Virus record (IMG/VR): IMGVR_UViG_3300037631_006232
Coordinates: 32,001-96,000 of that record
Direction: 5' to 3' (one strand)
DNA from: a virus
Lineage: Duplodnaviria > Caudoviricetes
DNA length: 64,000 nt
Part shown: positions 1 to 9,296 of the stretch, one piece after another
Layout: the number at the start of each line of letters is the position of its first letter
Position numbering within the stretch: position 1 is the stretch's first letter
Position numbers and translations under genes: made by a program
Notes under the pieces: model-generated
Told to the model about the DNA's origin: nothing
Databases searched by the model: none
Seen by the model: only the letters and a program-made list of their open reading frames with translations

Positions 1-2
1 AT

Positions 3-605
3 ATATCTAATAACAGTACTTATAGCAGTACTAGTGAACTCAATAATATACACGGGGCCCCTATAGAGTATTACGATACCAATGTTGCAGACTCTTCTAA
101 ATCTTACAAAGTAGATTTAAGAAGTGAACTGCCTATACCAAAAGGTAAAGTAACTCTTGGTAAGAGATCTGCTATAGTAGCCGACAAGCTAAGATGTGAC
201 TTTTCTAGAGATCCGCAACTTCTAAGACTTTTAGAATTTAATAAAGGAGCTACCTTAAACCTACTAGAGATAAGAGTGACTGTACTTAAACAAGTTACTA
301 CAGCTTCTTCGGCTGCCAGCTTTAGAGTAGGTAATTATGTTAAAGCAAAGAATAATAGCAACACTGTTGTTAATAATTTATTCTTCGGGGATACTAACGC
401 TGTGTCTTATGTAACTATACCTAGTGATTCTCTTACTACGGCTTTAAATGAGCTTAGCGTTACTTCTGTCTTAGGAACAGCCTTCAATGTGCTTTCTTCA
501 GCTTTAGTAACCAGTAAAACTGATTGCGTAATAGAGATTTCTGAAACAGGAGGTATTGTAATAGATCAAGGTGAGGTTTACGTAGAACTAGACCTTCTTA
601 TTTAA
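3..605 (+). CDS. 5'-truncated hypothetical protein, probably structural
   Basis: The frame of the 276..605 ORF is open back to position 3 (ISNNSTYSSTSELNNIHG...). Ser/Thr/Val-rich. Confidence 0.6.
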   Translation: MSNNSTYSSTSELNNIHGAPIEYYDTNVADSSKSYKVDLRSELPIPKGKVTLGKRSAIVADKLRCDFSRDPQLLRLLEFNKGATLNLLEIRVTVLKQVTTASSAASFRVGNYVKAKNNSNTVVNNLFFGDTNAVSYVTIPSDSLTTALNELSVTSVLGTAFNVLSSALVTSKTDCVIEISETGGIVIDQGEVYVELDLLI

Positions 606-1130
606 GACCATCTGTATATCCTTAGAGTTCTTATCCCCTACCCGCTTACGAACTTCAAGAGCAGATCTAGTAACTACAGTGGGCTGAAGTAATAAATCTC
701 TACACAGCAGGGCTGCGGCCCAGCTATCGCATATATCCGAGTTGGTAGAAGGGCAACCCCATTTGCCCGCAGCAGAAATCATCTCTTCTTTAGAGGCTGT
801 ACCTTTGCCCGCTAGAAAAAGCTTTAACTGAGTAGGAGGTACGGAAACACTAAATATACCTAGCTCTATTAAAGTTAGTTTAAGTACTCCCAATACTTCT
901 CCTAATATAAACTCTTTATGAGTGGAACCGTAGGAAGGAGCTTCCATTACTCCCATGAAAATTAACTTACCTTCTAAAAAACTCTTTAACTCGCTATGTA
1001 TATATTGTAGTCTCTCAGCATCCCTTCTCTTACCTGGTCTTATATGTAGGGTTTCAGAAGAGATGTTACTGATTAAACTAACTCCAGTACCTGTTGCACT
1101 AGGGTCTATTCCGAGAAAGAAGGTGTCCAT
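588..1130 (-). CDS. ruvC: RuvC-like Holliday junction resolvase
   Basis: FLGIDPSATGTG (first catalytic Asp), MEAPSYG, PPTQLK..AGKGTASKEEM, DICDSWAAA. The ATG at 1130 is the likely start (track gives 1142). Confidence 0.9.
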   Translation of the reverse strand: MDTFFLGIDPSATGTGVSLISNISSETLHIRPGKRRDAERLQYIHSELKSFLEGKLIFMGVMEAPSYGSTHKEFILGEVLGVLKLTLIELGIFSVSVPPTQLKLFLAGKGTASKEEMISAAGKWGCPSTNSDICDSWAAALLCRDLLLQPTVVTRSALEVRKRVGDKNSKDIQMVLNKKV

Positions 1131-1520
1131 TTGAGCTCCCAAGTTTCTGCTGATCTATATTTTAACACAGAAGTTAGTTCTTCTGGAGAGTACAGTATAA
1201 CTATGGAAATAGTTAATCCTAACAAAATACAAAAAGAACTATTTGTTGTTACTAGAAAAGATCCTATGAGTAAAGACGTAAGTTTTAGAAGGGTTGCGTC
1301 TATACACGACCTTTTGAACCTAAAAAAAACAGGCGTATCTGAAAGTACCACTTACTTATCTGATAGAGTAACCATTAAAACTAATAGCATTTCTTTAGTC
1401 AAGGATTATAGGGACACTGTACCAAAAGTTTTACAGGATCTAATCAATGATATTGGTAACAATGCTATTACCCTTATAGGTAAACAAGAAACCATATCTG
1501 TGGAGTATTCTGATGAGTAA
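1131..1520 (+). CDS. hypothetical protein
   Basis: 129 aa ORF overlapping the next plus-strand gene. FRRVASIHDL resembles FDHYATIADL in 2229..3275. Confidence 0.6.
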   Translation: MSSQVSADLYFNTEVSSSGEYSITMEIVNPNKIQKELFVVTRKDPMSKDVSFRRVASIHDLLNLKKTGVSESTTYLSDRVTIKTNSISLVKDYRDTVPKVLQDLINDIGNNAITLIGKQETISVEYSDE

Positions 1521-2232
1521 CTTATACAATGTAACTAAAGCCATTGTTTTCACCGAACTCAGTAGTGACAATTTCTATTGGACACTTACGGTAACTATCA
1601 ATTCTAGTGTTAATGTATCGAACAAACCTTTCTTACTTGAGTCTTTTGTAGATTCTAATGTAGACATAGCGGAGTTTTCTGGAGAGCAGAGGTTTATACG
1701 TACGCTACTAAACTCAGAAATTGGAAAATACCCACCTAAGGCGGACATAACAACCACTACTATAGCAAGATGGGTAACCTACAGAACAAATACTTTTACT
1801 AATAAATTCTACACGTACAAGGCCTTACAATCGGCTCTACAGTCTATAGAAACTGTTTTAAAAGCAAACACAGGTTCGTATTCTCCAGAAGACATTAAAC
1901 CTTTTAAAGCAGCTATTAAGAATATAACGTATAGCAGCTTAGGTAAAGATTCTTCTGATAGGACTAAGCTATATGAGGGAGATACTTTGGCCATCAGTTT
2001 TTCAGGAGGCAGTGGAGAGGTATCAATTACTTGCGCCGGGGTTTCCCTTATTAATCTACAGCCCAGCAACCACCTCAAAGCTAACTCTAGGTTGTATAGG
2101 ATACCTTTAGTTAGTGGAGCTACCTTTTCTAATATAGTTGTTACTGATAGTAACGCAAACTCAGTAGTGACTTTCCCCATAAGCATTTTAAAGCCAGATA
2201 ATTATGGCTCTACAACAGAGGATATACTATGA
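1513..2232 (+). CDS. hypothetical protein, possibly virion-associated
   Basis: 239 aa, GGAG RBS, Ser/Thr-rich, coupled to neighbours. Confidence 0.65.
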   Translation: MSNLYNVTKAIVFTELSSDNFYWTLTVTINSSVNVSNKPFLLESFVDSNVDIAEFSGEQRFIRTLLNSEIGKYPPKADITTTTIARWVTYRTNTFTNKFYTYKALQSALQSIETVLKANTGSYSPEDIKPFKAAIKNITYSSLGKDSSDRTKLYEGDTLAISFSGGSGEVSITCAGVSLINLQPSNHLKANSRLYRIPLVSGATFSNIVVTDSNANSVVTFPISILKPDNYGSTTEDIL

Positions 2233-3275
2233 GCACGACTAAACCGGTCTATGTTACCCAAGCTAGAGGAGGAGTGGCGGATACAGCTTCTGTAACAGGA
2301 GTAGCCTATCAGGTAAGAACTGTAGTGCACAAAAATAATGCGTATACAGGGGATAACCAAGATAAAGATTATCTATTAAACTTATTTGTATACAGTATCG
2401 TAGACTCTTCTGATGCAGCTCAAGATACTTTTGACCATTATGCTACTATAGCGGATTTGGATCTAATACCAACTGCTAGAGATCAGGCCGTAACGAGAGG
2501 ATTATCTCAGTATAGAGATAACGTAAACCTCGTAAAGTTTGATAATTTAAGTGTCGCTACTACAGCTGCACAAGTAATTAGAGACACTCTTAATAACGTT
2601 GTCAGCACTTATTTGAAAGTAAAGTCCGAGTTTACCGGATCTTCTACGCACTACTTCCCTTATAACGTAGAAATAGCTACTCTTAGAACAGAGTACATAG
2701 AGGCGTACACTACGGCAAGGGACGCAAGAGCCTTGGCTGAGCAGTCTCAAGATATTTCTCAAAATTCTTATGATTCGTTGCAAAAAGATAATACCACCCT
2801 AGCAGATTCTAAGACTAAAATATGCGAGCTGTATGAGTACACCTCCAAGCTTCAGACTTTATCTTCTGTGGTATCTAGCAAGTACAAAGAGACACTTAAG
2901 GGTCTTGTACAGGAATTTAGAGAGGATACAGATGACTACAATGCGGCTTACAATGCAGCTATGACTGCTTTAGAAGACTACATAGACGATTCCTCAAACT
3001 ACGTATTCGACTCTAACTGGGCTAATACTATTACAGCTACAAACGCCGGTTCAGGGCTATCTTTACTAGGCCTTATTATACAAACAAATGCGTTGGCTCA
3101 AACTTATTGCTCCAACTATGGAAACCTAGTTGCAGCTTCGGACCTAAATAAAAGCGCCGCACTAGAGGACCTTAACGAGAAGCAGGCTTCCAAAGAAGCT
3201 GCCGCTACGATCGAACAAGATGCTTTGGCTACTCTTTCTGTTTACTGCCCTAATCTTGATCCTGCAACTCTTTAA
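2229..3275 (+). CDS. hypothetical protein with helical/coiled-coil C-terminal half
   Basis: 348 aa, ATGA overlap with the upstream gene, Ala/Gln/Asp-rich helical region. Confidence 0.7.
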   Translation: MSTTKPVYVTQARGGVADTASVTGVAYQVRTVVHKNNAYTGDNQDKDYLLNLFVYSIVDSSDAAQDTFDHYATIADLDLIPTARDQAVTRGLSQYRDNVNLVKFDNLSVATTAAQVIRDTLNNVVSTYLKVKSEFTGSSTHYFPYNVEIATLRTEYIEAYTTARDARALAEQSQDISQNSYDSLQKDNTTLADSKTKICELYEYTSKLQTLSSVVSSKYKETLKGLVQEFREDTDDYNAAYNAAMTALEDYIDDSSNYVFDSNWANTITATNAGSGLSLLGLIIQTNALAQTYCSNYGNLVAASDLNKSAALEDLNEKQASKEAAATIEQDALATLSVYCPNLDPATL

Positions 3276-5502
3276 GAGATTCCAAGTAGAAGTTAAGTCT
3301 AGAAATAGTGCCTAATAGGTAGTGCCTACTTCGGTAATCTACGTCTGAATCTATAAGACCATTTAGCATGGTTTCTAAGATAGTTACCAGCCTTATGGCC
3401 GAACCATACTCTTCTAGAACTTCGCACATTTTAAGAAACTGCCCCATCCTGATAGTAATATTATAGTTATTATTTAGAGTACAGTTCACATGGAGTCTAA
3501 GAGCATCAGTAACGTAACTAAACAATTTTAAATGCTTAGGCACTCTAGAACTGCTAAATATACTAAGGCTCTTCATTCTAGATTTTTCGGCCTCGCCAAG
3601 ATCCAGTATTTTCATAGCTTCTATAGTATTATCAGGAGCTTTTAGTACCAATTCTATATTACCAAAATTCTCTAACCACACTGATTCTTTGGTATTTTGA
3701 AGCATTGTTACCTCTGTATATAATAATCTAAGGCCTCTCATGTACAAGCTTTTTAAATCCATAGGAGCCTTAGCAGCACTGCAAGCAATTAGAGTGGTAT
3801 CTACATTAGGCCAATTATCCGGTAACACGCTCCTTCCACTATTAAAATCAGCCTTTACTACCTCTATAGCGGATTTATCTAAGTTTCCTACATACAAGGT
3901 AGTAGTATCAATTAGACTTATTTGGTTAAAGATATTACTATGGAACTTAGGTCTACTTGCTATAAACAGGGGATTAAACAAAGCATCAAACGCCCTACCA
4001 TTCTGTAGACCCAAATCATAAAGCATTTCTTTCCTAAACATAAAAGCTTCGTTTAGAATATGGTATAGGCCAGTAGACATCAATTTCCTGAATTTTACAA
4101 TATTTAGAGTTTTACTAAAATTTAATATATCGTAGAACTCCTTAGAAGCCATAGTACGTTTGGGGTACTCAGAGGCTAGGGGAAAATGTAAACAATCTCT
4201 ACTAATTTTGTACAACCAAGTAGAAGAGCTACTTATGTAGCTAGATAGTTTTTGTCTAGTATACCTAAGATAAGCAGTCTTTGACTCTTTAACTAAAGCT
4301 TTTAAAGTAGACATACATGTAGGAGGGCTAGCTAATGGGTTACTTCCTACTATAGATACATATAGGTCAGCACCTCCATCTATAAGAACCTTGTTTGTTA
4401 GGGTATCGACCCTAACCTTCGGAAACATACCTCCTACAGGATCTACTCTAAGCCTCTTTCTGCTTACTATGTTCGAAGACTCCTCATCTATTTCTTCCGT
4501 AAAAGCATAATTTTCGGACTCCTCTAAATATATATAATCTTCACCAAAATTACGGAAGGCTACTACACTAGCTTCTTTAAGGAATGCGTGTAGTGCATGC
4601 ATATCGTAAGGACAAGCAAGCGTAGAATTCTTGCCTAGGCGCGCTGATTTGTACAACCACGATCGATACATATGGGCTTTATAGACAGGTAAATCTGGGT
4701 CCAAAGGATCTACGCTGGCGTAGCCGCCCGATTCCAGACTAGCTAGAGGCAGCCACCATTCCAACTTAGAGTTCATAAGATGGTATATAGCGTTTACCAC
4801 TTGGGCATAACAAGATCTCTCCAAAGCACCTGCATGCTCGTTAGAAAATCTAAGGTACAAGTAGTCCTCTACAGAGGCGCACTCTAGAACAATAAAAGGC
4901 ACCGGAGCATCTATAGTAGCCTCATCGTATAAGATATTAAACATATCTCCTACTAGTCTGCGTAGGCCATGCATGCCGGAACCCAGTAACTTAGACCAAA
5001 TAGTAGCAGCCTCTTCACCTATAACATAACAATTAACAGCCGCAGGATTATTTGCTAGTATATGGAATATTTTTAGGTTCTGGTTTGAGATACCTGCAGG
5101 GATTTTTGTTTTAAGATTTAGGAACAAATTGCCTATAGTTCGAACACCTCGCCTAGAATAATTAGAGTACCCCAAGAATTTAGTTTTTAACCGAAGATGT
5201 TTAGAACTCTCGGGGTCCGGCTCTAAAAACTGGTGTAGGTTTTTAAACATTTCTTTGTAGGCATTATCACTAGTAATACACACTTCTTCAAAAGAACAGT
5301 ACTTAGCTAGTCTTCTAATATCTATGAAATTGTCTTCGAAAGTATCGTTTCTACTAAAGTTCAAACCCTTTAGAGGGGTATCTAGAGCTATAATCAGTAA
5401 ACTATCGTAGTTCGTGTAACCCTCTACTAGTGTAATATTTCCTTCAGAATCTAAGCCTAAGGCTAATACAGTATCTTCTAGATAGGTTATATCTATATGC
5501 AC
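3250..5502 (-). CDS. large hypothetical protein, last gene of the RT-containing run
   Basis: 750 aa uninterrupted ORF, no motif recognised. Confidence 0.75.
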   Translation of the reverse strand: MHIDITYLEDTVLALGLDSEGNITLVEGYTNYDSLLIIALDTPLKGLNFSRNDTFEDNFIDIRRLAKYCSFEEVCITSDNAYKEMFKNLHQFLEPDPESSKHLRLKTKFLGYSNYSRRGVRTIGNLFLNLKTKIPAGISNQNLKIFHILANNPAAVNCYVIGEEAATIWSKLLGSGMHGLRRLVGDMFNILYDEATIDAPVPFIVLECASVEDYLYLRFSNEHAGALERSCYAQVVNAIYHLMNSKLEWWLPLASLESGGYASVDPLDPDLPVYKAHMYRSWLYKSARLGKNSTLACPYDMHALHAFLKEASVVAFRNFGEDYIYLEESENYAFTEEIDEESSNIVSRKRLRVDPVGGMFPKVRVDTLTNKVLIDGGADLYVSIVGSNPLASPPTCMSTLKALVKESKTAYLRYTRQKLSSYISSSSTWLYKISRDCLHFPLASEYPKRTMASKEFYDILNFSKTLNIVKFRKLMSTGLYHILNEAFMFRKEMLYDLGLQNGRAFDALFNPLFIASRPKFHSNIFNQISLIDTTTLYVGNLDKSAIEVVKADFNSGRSVLPDNWPNVDTTLIACSAAKAPMDLKSLYMRGLRLLYTEVTMLQNTKESVWLENFGNIELVLKAPDNTIEAMKILDLGEAEKSRMKSLSIFSSSRVPKHLKLFSYVTDALRLHVNCTLNNNYNITIRMGQFLKMCEVLEEYGSAIRLVTILETMLNGLIDSDVDYRSRHYLLGTISRLNFYLESLKELQDQD

Positions 5503-5750
5503 TACTTAAGCCTACGCCTAGTGTTGCCGGATACCTTAGTAATATCGAATAGGCTTAGAAGTTCTTTATTACTTAACTGCAAAGGTATCTGAAGTGCTAG
5601 AAGTTCTTGGCTGACTTCCTCTTTACCTACCAGCAATACCGCTTCGATGTTTACTAGGCCCGTAGCCTCATGTAAAGATAGGTCTATATTAGTTATCTCT
5701 ACGTGAGCACTAGGTACTTTTGTTACTAGCTGTGAAAGTTTAATTTTCAT
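5502..5750 (-). CDS. small hypothetical protein
   Basis: 82 aa, overlaps both neighbours. Confidence 0.6.
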   Translation of the reverse strand: MKIKLSQLVTKVPSAHVEITNIDLSLHEATGLVNIEAVLLVGKEEVSQELLALQIPLQLSNKELLSLFDITKVSGNTRRRLK

Positions 5751-7710
5751 AATAGTCCGTCTCTATGGGAAAGGCATTAAGAACTACACGTACGGGCCAT
5801 CCAACAGCTGAGGCGTACGAAACATAAGTGTTTATGTAGTTGGTTAGTAGGTCTATAGTATTTGTAGACTTTGAAAGTTCTTTTAGATACTTATTACTAG
5901 GCAGGCTTATGTGTACGTTAGCCAAGGGCATAACGCTTTTATTAATCCCAAAACTACCCGAACTAACTATTGTTCTTGGCATAGTAATATCTATAAATGC
6001 TTGTACTAAGTACAAAATTCTATGAGATATGTCCGTCATCCAACTACTAGAATAGACTCTAGAGCCGGCTAGATCTCCGTAAGTAAGCATAAACTCTTCT
6101 GCAGTTATGGAGATATACCAAGGGGCATCTGAGCTGGTAAACTCTTCTTCACAGTTATAAGCCGAGTACTTATGTGTGGGTAGCAAAATAGACCACTTGG
6201 ACGATTTTTCATTAGAAAATTTCTCTAGCCCGCCTATACCCGTATGTATTCGTGAGGTGTGATTACCAATGAACTTCCCACGATTTAGCTCTGTGCCCCA
6301 ATCATGAAATAAGGTATCGCAAGCTTTACTATCCATGGCGAACTCCATAAAGTCCACCATACAGGATGGCAATACTATAGCTCCGTAAAAGAATTTACTA
6401 TTAGAAGTAAGTATGCCCATAGCTTTTTTTACTGAAGTAGATAGTTCTATTGAACTAAACCGGGTATAAAGAAGCGAGGTAAAAGCACTAGCTATACCCC
6501 CCTTATCTTCTGATACATATAGATGCATGCTAGCAGCTATTCTTAGTAAAGTAGTGTCTACTCTATAAATTTCTCTAGTTACCGCCCCCCTACAAGCTTT
6601 TGAAACATCTATAAATCGATAAGCTGTCGCTGTATTTAACTTAACAGAGCTACAACTATCCGCCAGAAGGCATCTAGAACATTCTTTTTCCCTAAACGCC
6701 TTAATAGTAGTTCTTCTAAGAGCGTCTTCAAAATGGGCCGTAATTCCAGATACTATAGTACTCTCTTCTTTATTGGTCTTGGTTAGTAGTATCTGATCTG
6801 TACTTCTAGGAGTACCACTTCTTTCGACGTAGCTACTATTAAGTAGCCTAAAGGTACTTTCTCTAATCGTCCTATGAGCACCCATAGGGGCATACTGTAG
6901 AGAGTTACTGTCTGATAGTCTCCTAACTACTTTGTCCATCTGCTTAGTAGTTAATCTAAACCCATAGCTAACCTGTTGCTCTGTTAACTCAGGTAAGCAG
7001 TTGTGGTTTTTAGAACAACTCAAACATCCTGCCATGTACAAACTAGCCAGTTGGTCACATGCGTCTGAAAACTCATCAACTAGGTTTACTGAGCATACTT
7101 GATCTCCTAGTTGGTAGTACAAGTGCAGTTTATTGCTTATTTTACTGTAGAAATTTAACATTAAACTTTCAGGTACGTAAGGGCTTAGTAAGGTAAACTC
7201 ACTAAAAGCGTCTTCCCGCAACAGTTCTAGATAGTTTGAATATTTGTGGCTACGTTCTAAAGCAGACTCTAAAGCATCTGGGTCTTGGTCGAAGAGTTTG
7301 GCTAAGTGAAAATTTTCAATGAAAGAGGCCTCCCACGCATTCTTATGCCTAGTAAGCGTTAGAGGGCTTTCTACCGCACACATGAGTAGTTTTGAATACA
7401 CCGCATACGAAGGACCATCTAGTACATAAACCTCCGGCCAAACTTCTAAAAGATTATCTACCACTTCCTGAATTGCTACAGGGTCTTTTGTAGTTACAGC
7501 TATACACGCAGATTCGTCTCCCCCTGTTAGTACGGGCACCGCAGTACTCCCTCTCCAACTATAACCTTTTTCACTTTCTTTTTTAGCTGCACCTACCCAG
7601 TTTTTTGGGTCTTTTCTGAATTCATACCATATAGGATCAGGAAAGCCTTCGTTCTTATAGTAGGTAGGCTCGCTTAGCCTCGTAGTAAAAATATAAATAG
7701 GCCTAGACAT
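5740..7710 (-). CDS. hypothetical protein with Cys clusters, immediately downstream of the RT
   Basis: 656 aa. CLSCSKNHNC and CSRCLLADSC are CxxC-x5-C clusters. Start overlaps the RT 3' end. Confidence 0.75.
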   Translation of the reverse strand: MSRPIYIFTTRLSEPTYYKNEGFPDPIWYEFRKDPKNWVGAAKKESEKGYSWRGSTAVPVLTGGDESACIAVTTKDPVAIQEVVDNLLEVWPEVYVLDGPSYAVYSKLLMCAVESPLTLTRHKNAWEASFIENFHLAKLFDQDPDALESALERSHKYSNYLELLREDAFSEFTLLSPYVPESLMLNFYSKISNKLHLYYQLGDQVCSVNLVDEFSDACDQLASLYMAGCLSCSKNHNCLPELTEQQVSYGFRLTTKQMDKVVRRLSDSNSLQYAPMGAHRTIRESTFRLLNSSYVERSGTPRSTDQILLTKTNKEESTIVSGITAHFEDALRRTTIKAFREKECSRCLLADSCSSVKLNTATAYRFIDVSKACRGAVTREIYRVDTTLLRIAASMHLYVSEDKGGIASAFTSLLYTRFSSIELSTSVKKAMGILTSNSKFFYGAIVLPSCMVDFMEFAMDSKACDTLFHDWGTELNRGKFIGNHTSRIHTGIGGLEKFSNEKSSKWSILLPTHKYSAYNCEEEFTSSDAPWYISITAEEFMLTYGDLAGSRVYSSSWMTDISHRILYLVQAFIDITMPRTIVSSGSFGINKSVMPLANVHISLPSNKYLKELSKSTNTIDLLTNYINTYVSYASAVGWPVRVVLNAFPIETDYYEN

Positions 7711-8659
7711 ATATCTCCTTAAGTTTAAGTAAATAGCTCTCTACTAGAGTAGCTCTAGTACTAGCAAGGTAAGGTTTCCAGTAGTTGGCCCTACCTTCAA
7801 TGGAGGGTAGCAAAGATGCTTCTTCCTCTAATTTAAAGAAGTCCCTAGCCCTTTTCTCTTGGGTAGGCCTTTCTATTTCCGAGCAGGTTGTTAGGTTATG
7901 TAAGATAGCTTTAAACCGTAACCATTTCTTTTTAGGAATATTTGGCTTTGTATTACACACAAATCCAAGAGCTTTTTGCTTTCTGTAGTAAGGAAGGATT
8001 TTCTTTTTGTGGCTTTTCCATCCTAGTGTTGAAGCTATCTCCTCTAATTTAGCCACCACATCTTTACCGCTTATTTTGTTATCGCTAAATCCTAAGTACA
8101 GATTATCACTGTATCTTGTGTAGGTAGCTGCCGGGAACTCCTTCAATACCTTAGGATCCAATAAGAATTCACTGACTTTATTGCTTAGCAGAGGGCTTAC
8201 TACAGATCCTTGGGGTAAGAAGCTTTTCCCCGAAGCATTTTTTACACAACAAAGTCTAGAAATTAGATAAGCCACTCTATCTGTAAAACCATGGTGCATG
8301 AGCATGGACTTTACTTGTTTTAGCTTTATAGAGTGGAAATGATTTACAAAATCTACCGTAACTAATAGCGGGTGGCCGATGAGTCGTTTAGCTGCAGCAT
8401 CTATCCCTACTCCTGGGACATAAGCATAAGAGTACCCGTTCGAGGGTAACATTTCTTCTAGGTACTCCTTTAAAGCTTTATGCACTTTTTTTAGAGCAGG
8501 AGACACTTTGTACACCTGGCGAGTCTTCCTTCCTTTAGGTATTCTAATAGATGTAAAATGACTAGTAAATTCCTCAGGCCTGTAATTACATTTAGATAGC
8601 CAAATCAATACCTTATATTCTATATTTAGCCTATTAGCTAGTAATCTAGGTGTTATCAT
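7703..8659 (-). CDS. retron-type reverse transcriptase with variant catalytic motif YSDN
   Basis: IRIPKGRKTRQVYKVSPALKKVHK, SYAYVPGVGI, VTVDFVNHFHSIK, LPQGSVVSPLLSN, YTRYSDNLYL, and QKALGFVCN at the retron VTG-region position. 318 aa, no maturase or endonuclease extension. Confidence 0.88.
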   Translation of the reverse strand: MITPRLLANRLNIEYKVLIWLSKCNYRPEEFTSHFTSIRIPKGRKTRQVYKVSPALKKVHKALKEYLEEMLPSNGYSYAYVPGVGIDAAAKRLIGHPLLVTVDFVNHFHSIKLKQVKSMLMHHGFTDRVAYLISRLCCVKNASGKSFLPQGSVVSPLLSNKVSEFLLDPKVLKEFPAATYTRYSDNLYLGFSDNKISGKDVVAKLEEIASTLGWKSHKKKILPYYRKQKALGFVCNTKPNIPKKKWLRFKAILHNLTTCSEIERPTQEKRARDFFKLEEEASLLPSIEGRANYWKPYLASTRATLVESYLLKLKEIYV

Positions 8660-9296
8660 AACCTACCCCTTCCTTACAAAAAGCGCACCCTAAAGCGCAC
8701 TCTTTGGACACGTACATGAGTTGGTACGCACAGGATTCTAGAACTTTATCTAGTGAGAATATCTTCTCAGAATCTTCTAGTTCGTAGGTTAGTATTTGAG
8801 TAGTCTCGCATTTGAACAGAAAGGTATAGGTAGCTCCGCCCAGCTTAACCGAATCCATACTAACTTCTTTGTCTTCAATATGTAGGGCTTCAAAAATTTC
8901 ATAGGAACTGTTTAATTCTGTACTTAGTGCTTGTAATCCATAAGGCTTCTGACAGGCCAGCGCTACGTACGATTCCGAGTAGCTTAAAGGAACTTCGGAG
9001 ATAGTAGATATACTGTTTAAGAAACTAGGTTCTTGTATAAGGTAATCTAGTAGCTCATAGGAAGTTCGAGCATACTTATCTACTATAAAATAATTCCCAT
9101 AATTAGCCAACTCTTCTAGCATACGCTGCTCATTCTCGAATAGTATAAAAGAGCTAACAGTAGATCTAGTCTTACTACCCGGAATTATTACCCTATACTC
9201 GGGCCTATTAATAAACTCAAAAGATACTGCTCCTTTACTTAGTTTAAAAGGGCTGATTATTAGATCTTGTATAGGCTTAGAGGAATACCTAAACAT
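8646..9296 (-). CDS. hypothetical protein upstream of the RT
   Basis: 216 aa, overlaps both the vWA and RT genes. C-terminal CALGCAFC. Confidence 0.65.
   Translation of the reverse strand: MFRYSSKPIQDLIISPFKLSKGAVSFEFINRPEYRVIIPGSKTRSTVSSFILFENEQRMLEELANYGNYFIVDKYARTSYELLDYLIQEPSFLNSISTISEVPLSYSESYVALACQKPYGLQALSTELNSSYEIFEALHIEDKEVSMDSVKLGGATYTFLFKCETTQILTYELEDSEKIFSLDKVLESCAYQLMYVSKECALGCAFCKEGVGYDNT

Noticed and set aside
7703-8659. RT as DGR, group II intron or CRISPR-associated RT
   Set aside because: No adenine-variable repeat pair seen, no intron RNA space or maturase/HNH domain, no Cas1. It has LPQG rather than the DGR-type LPIG..SQ motif.
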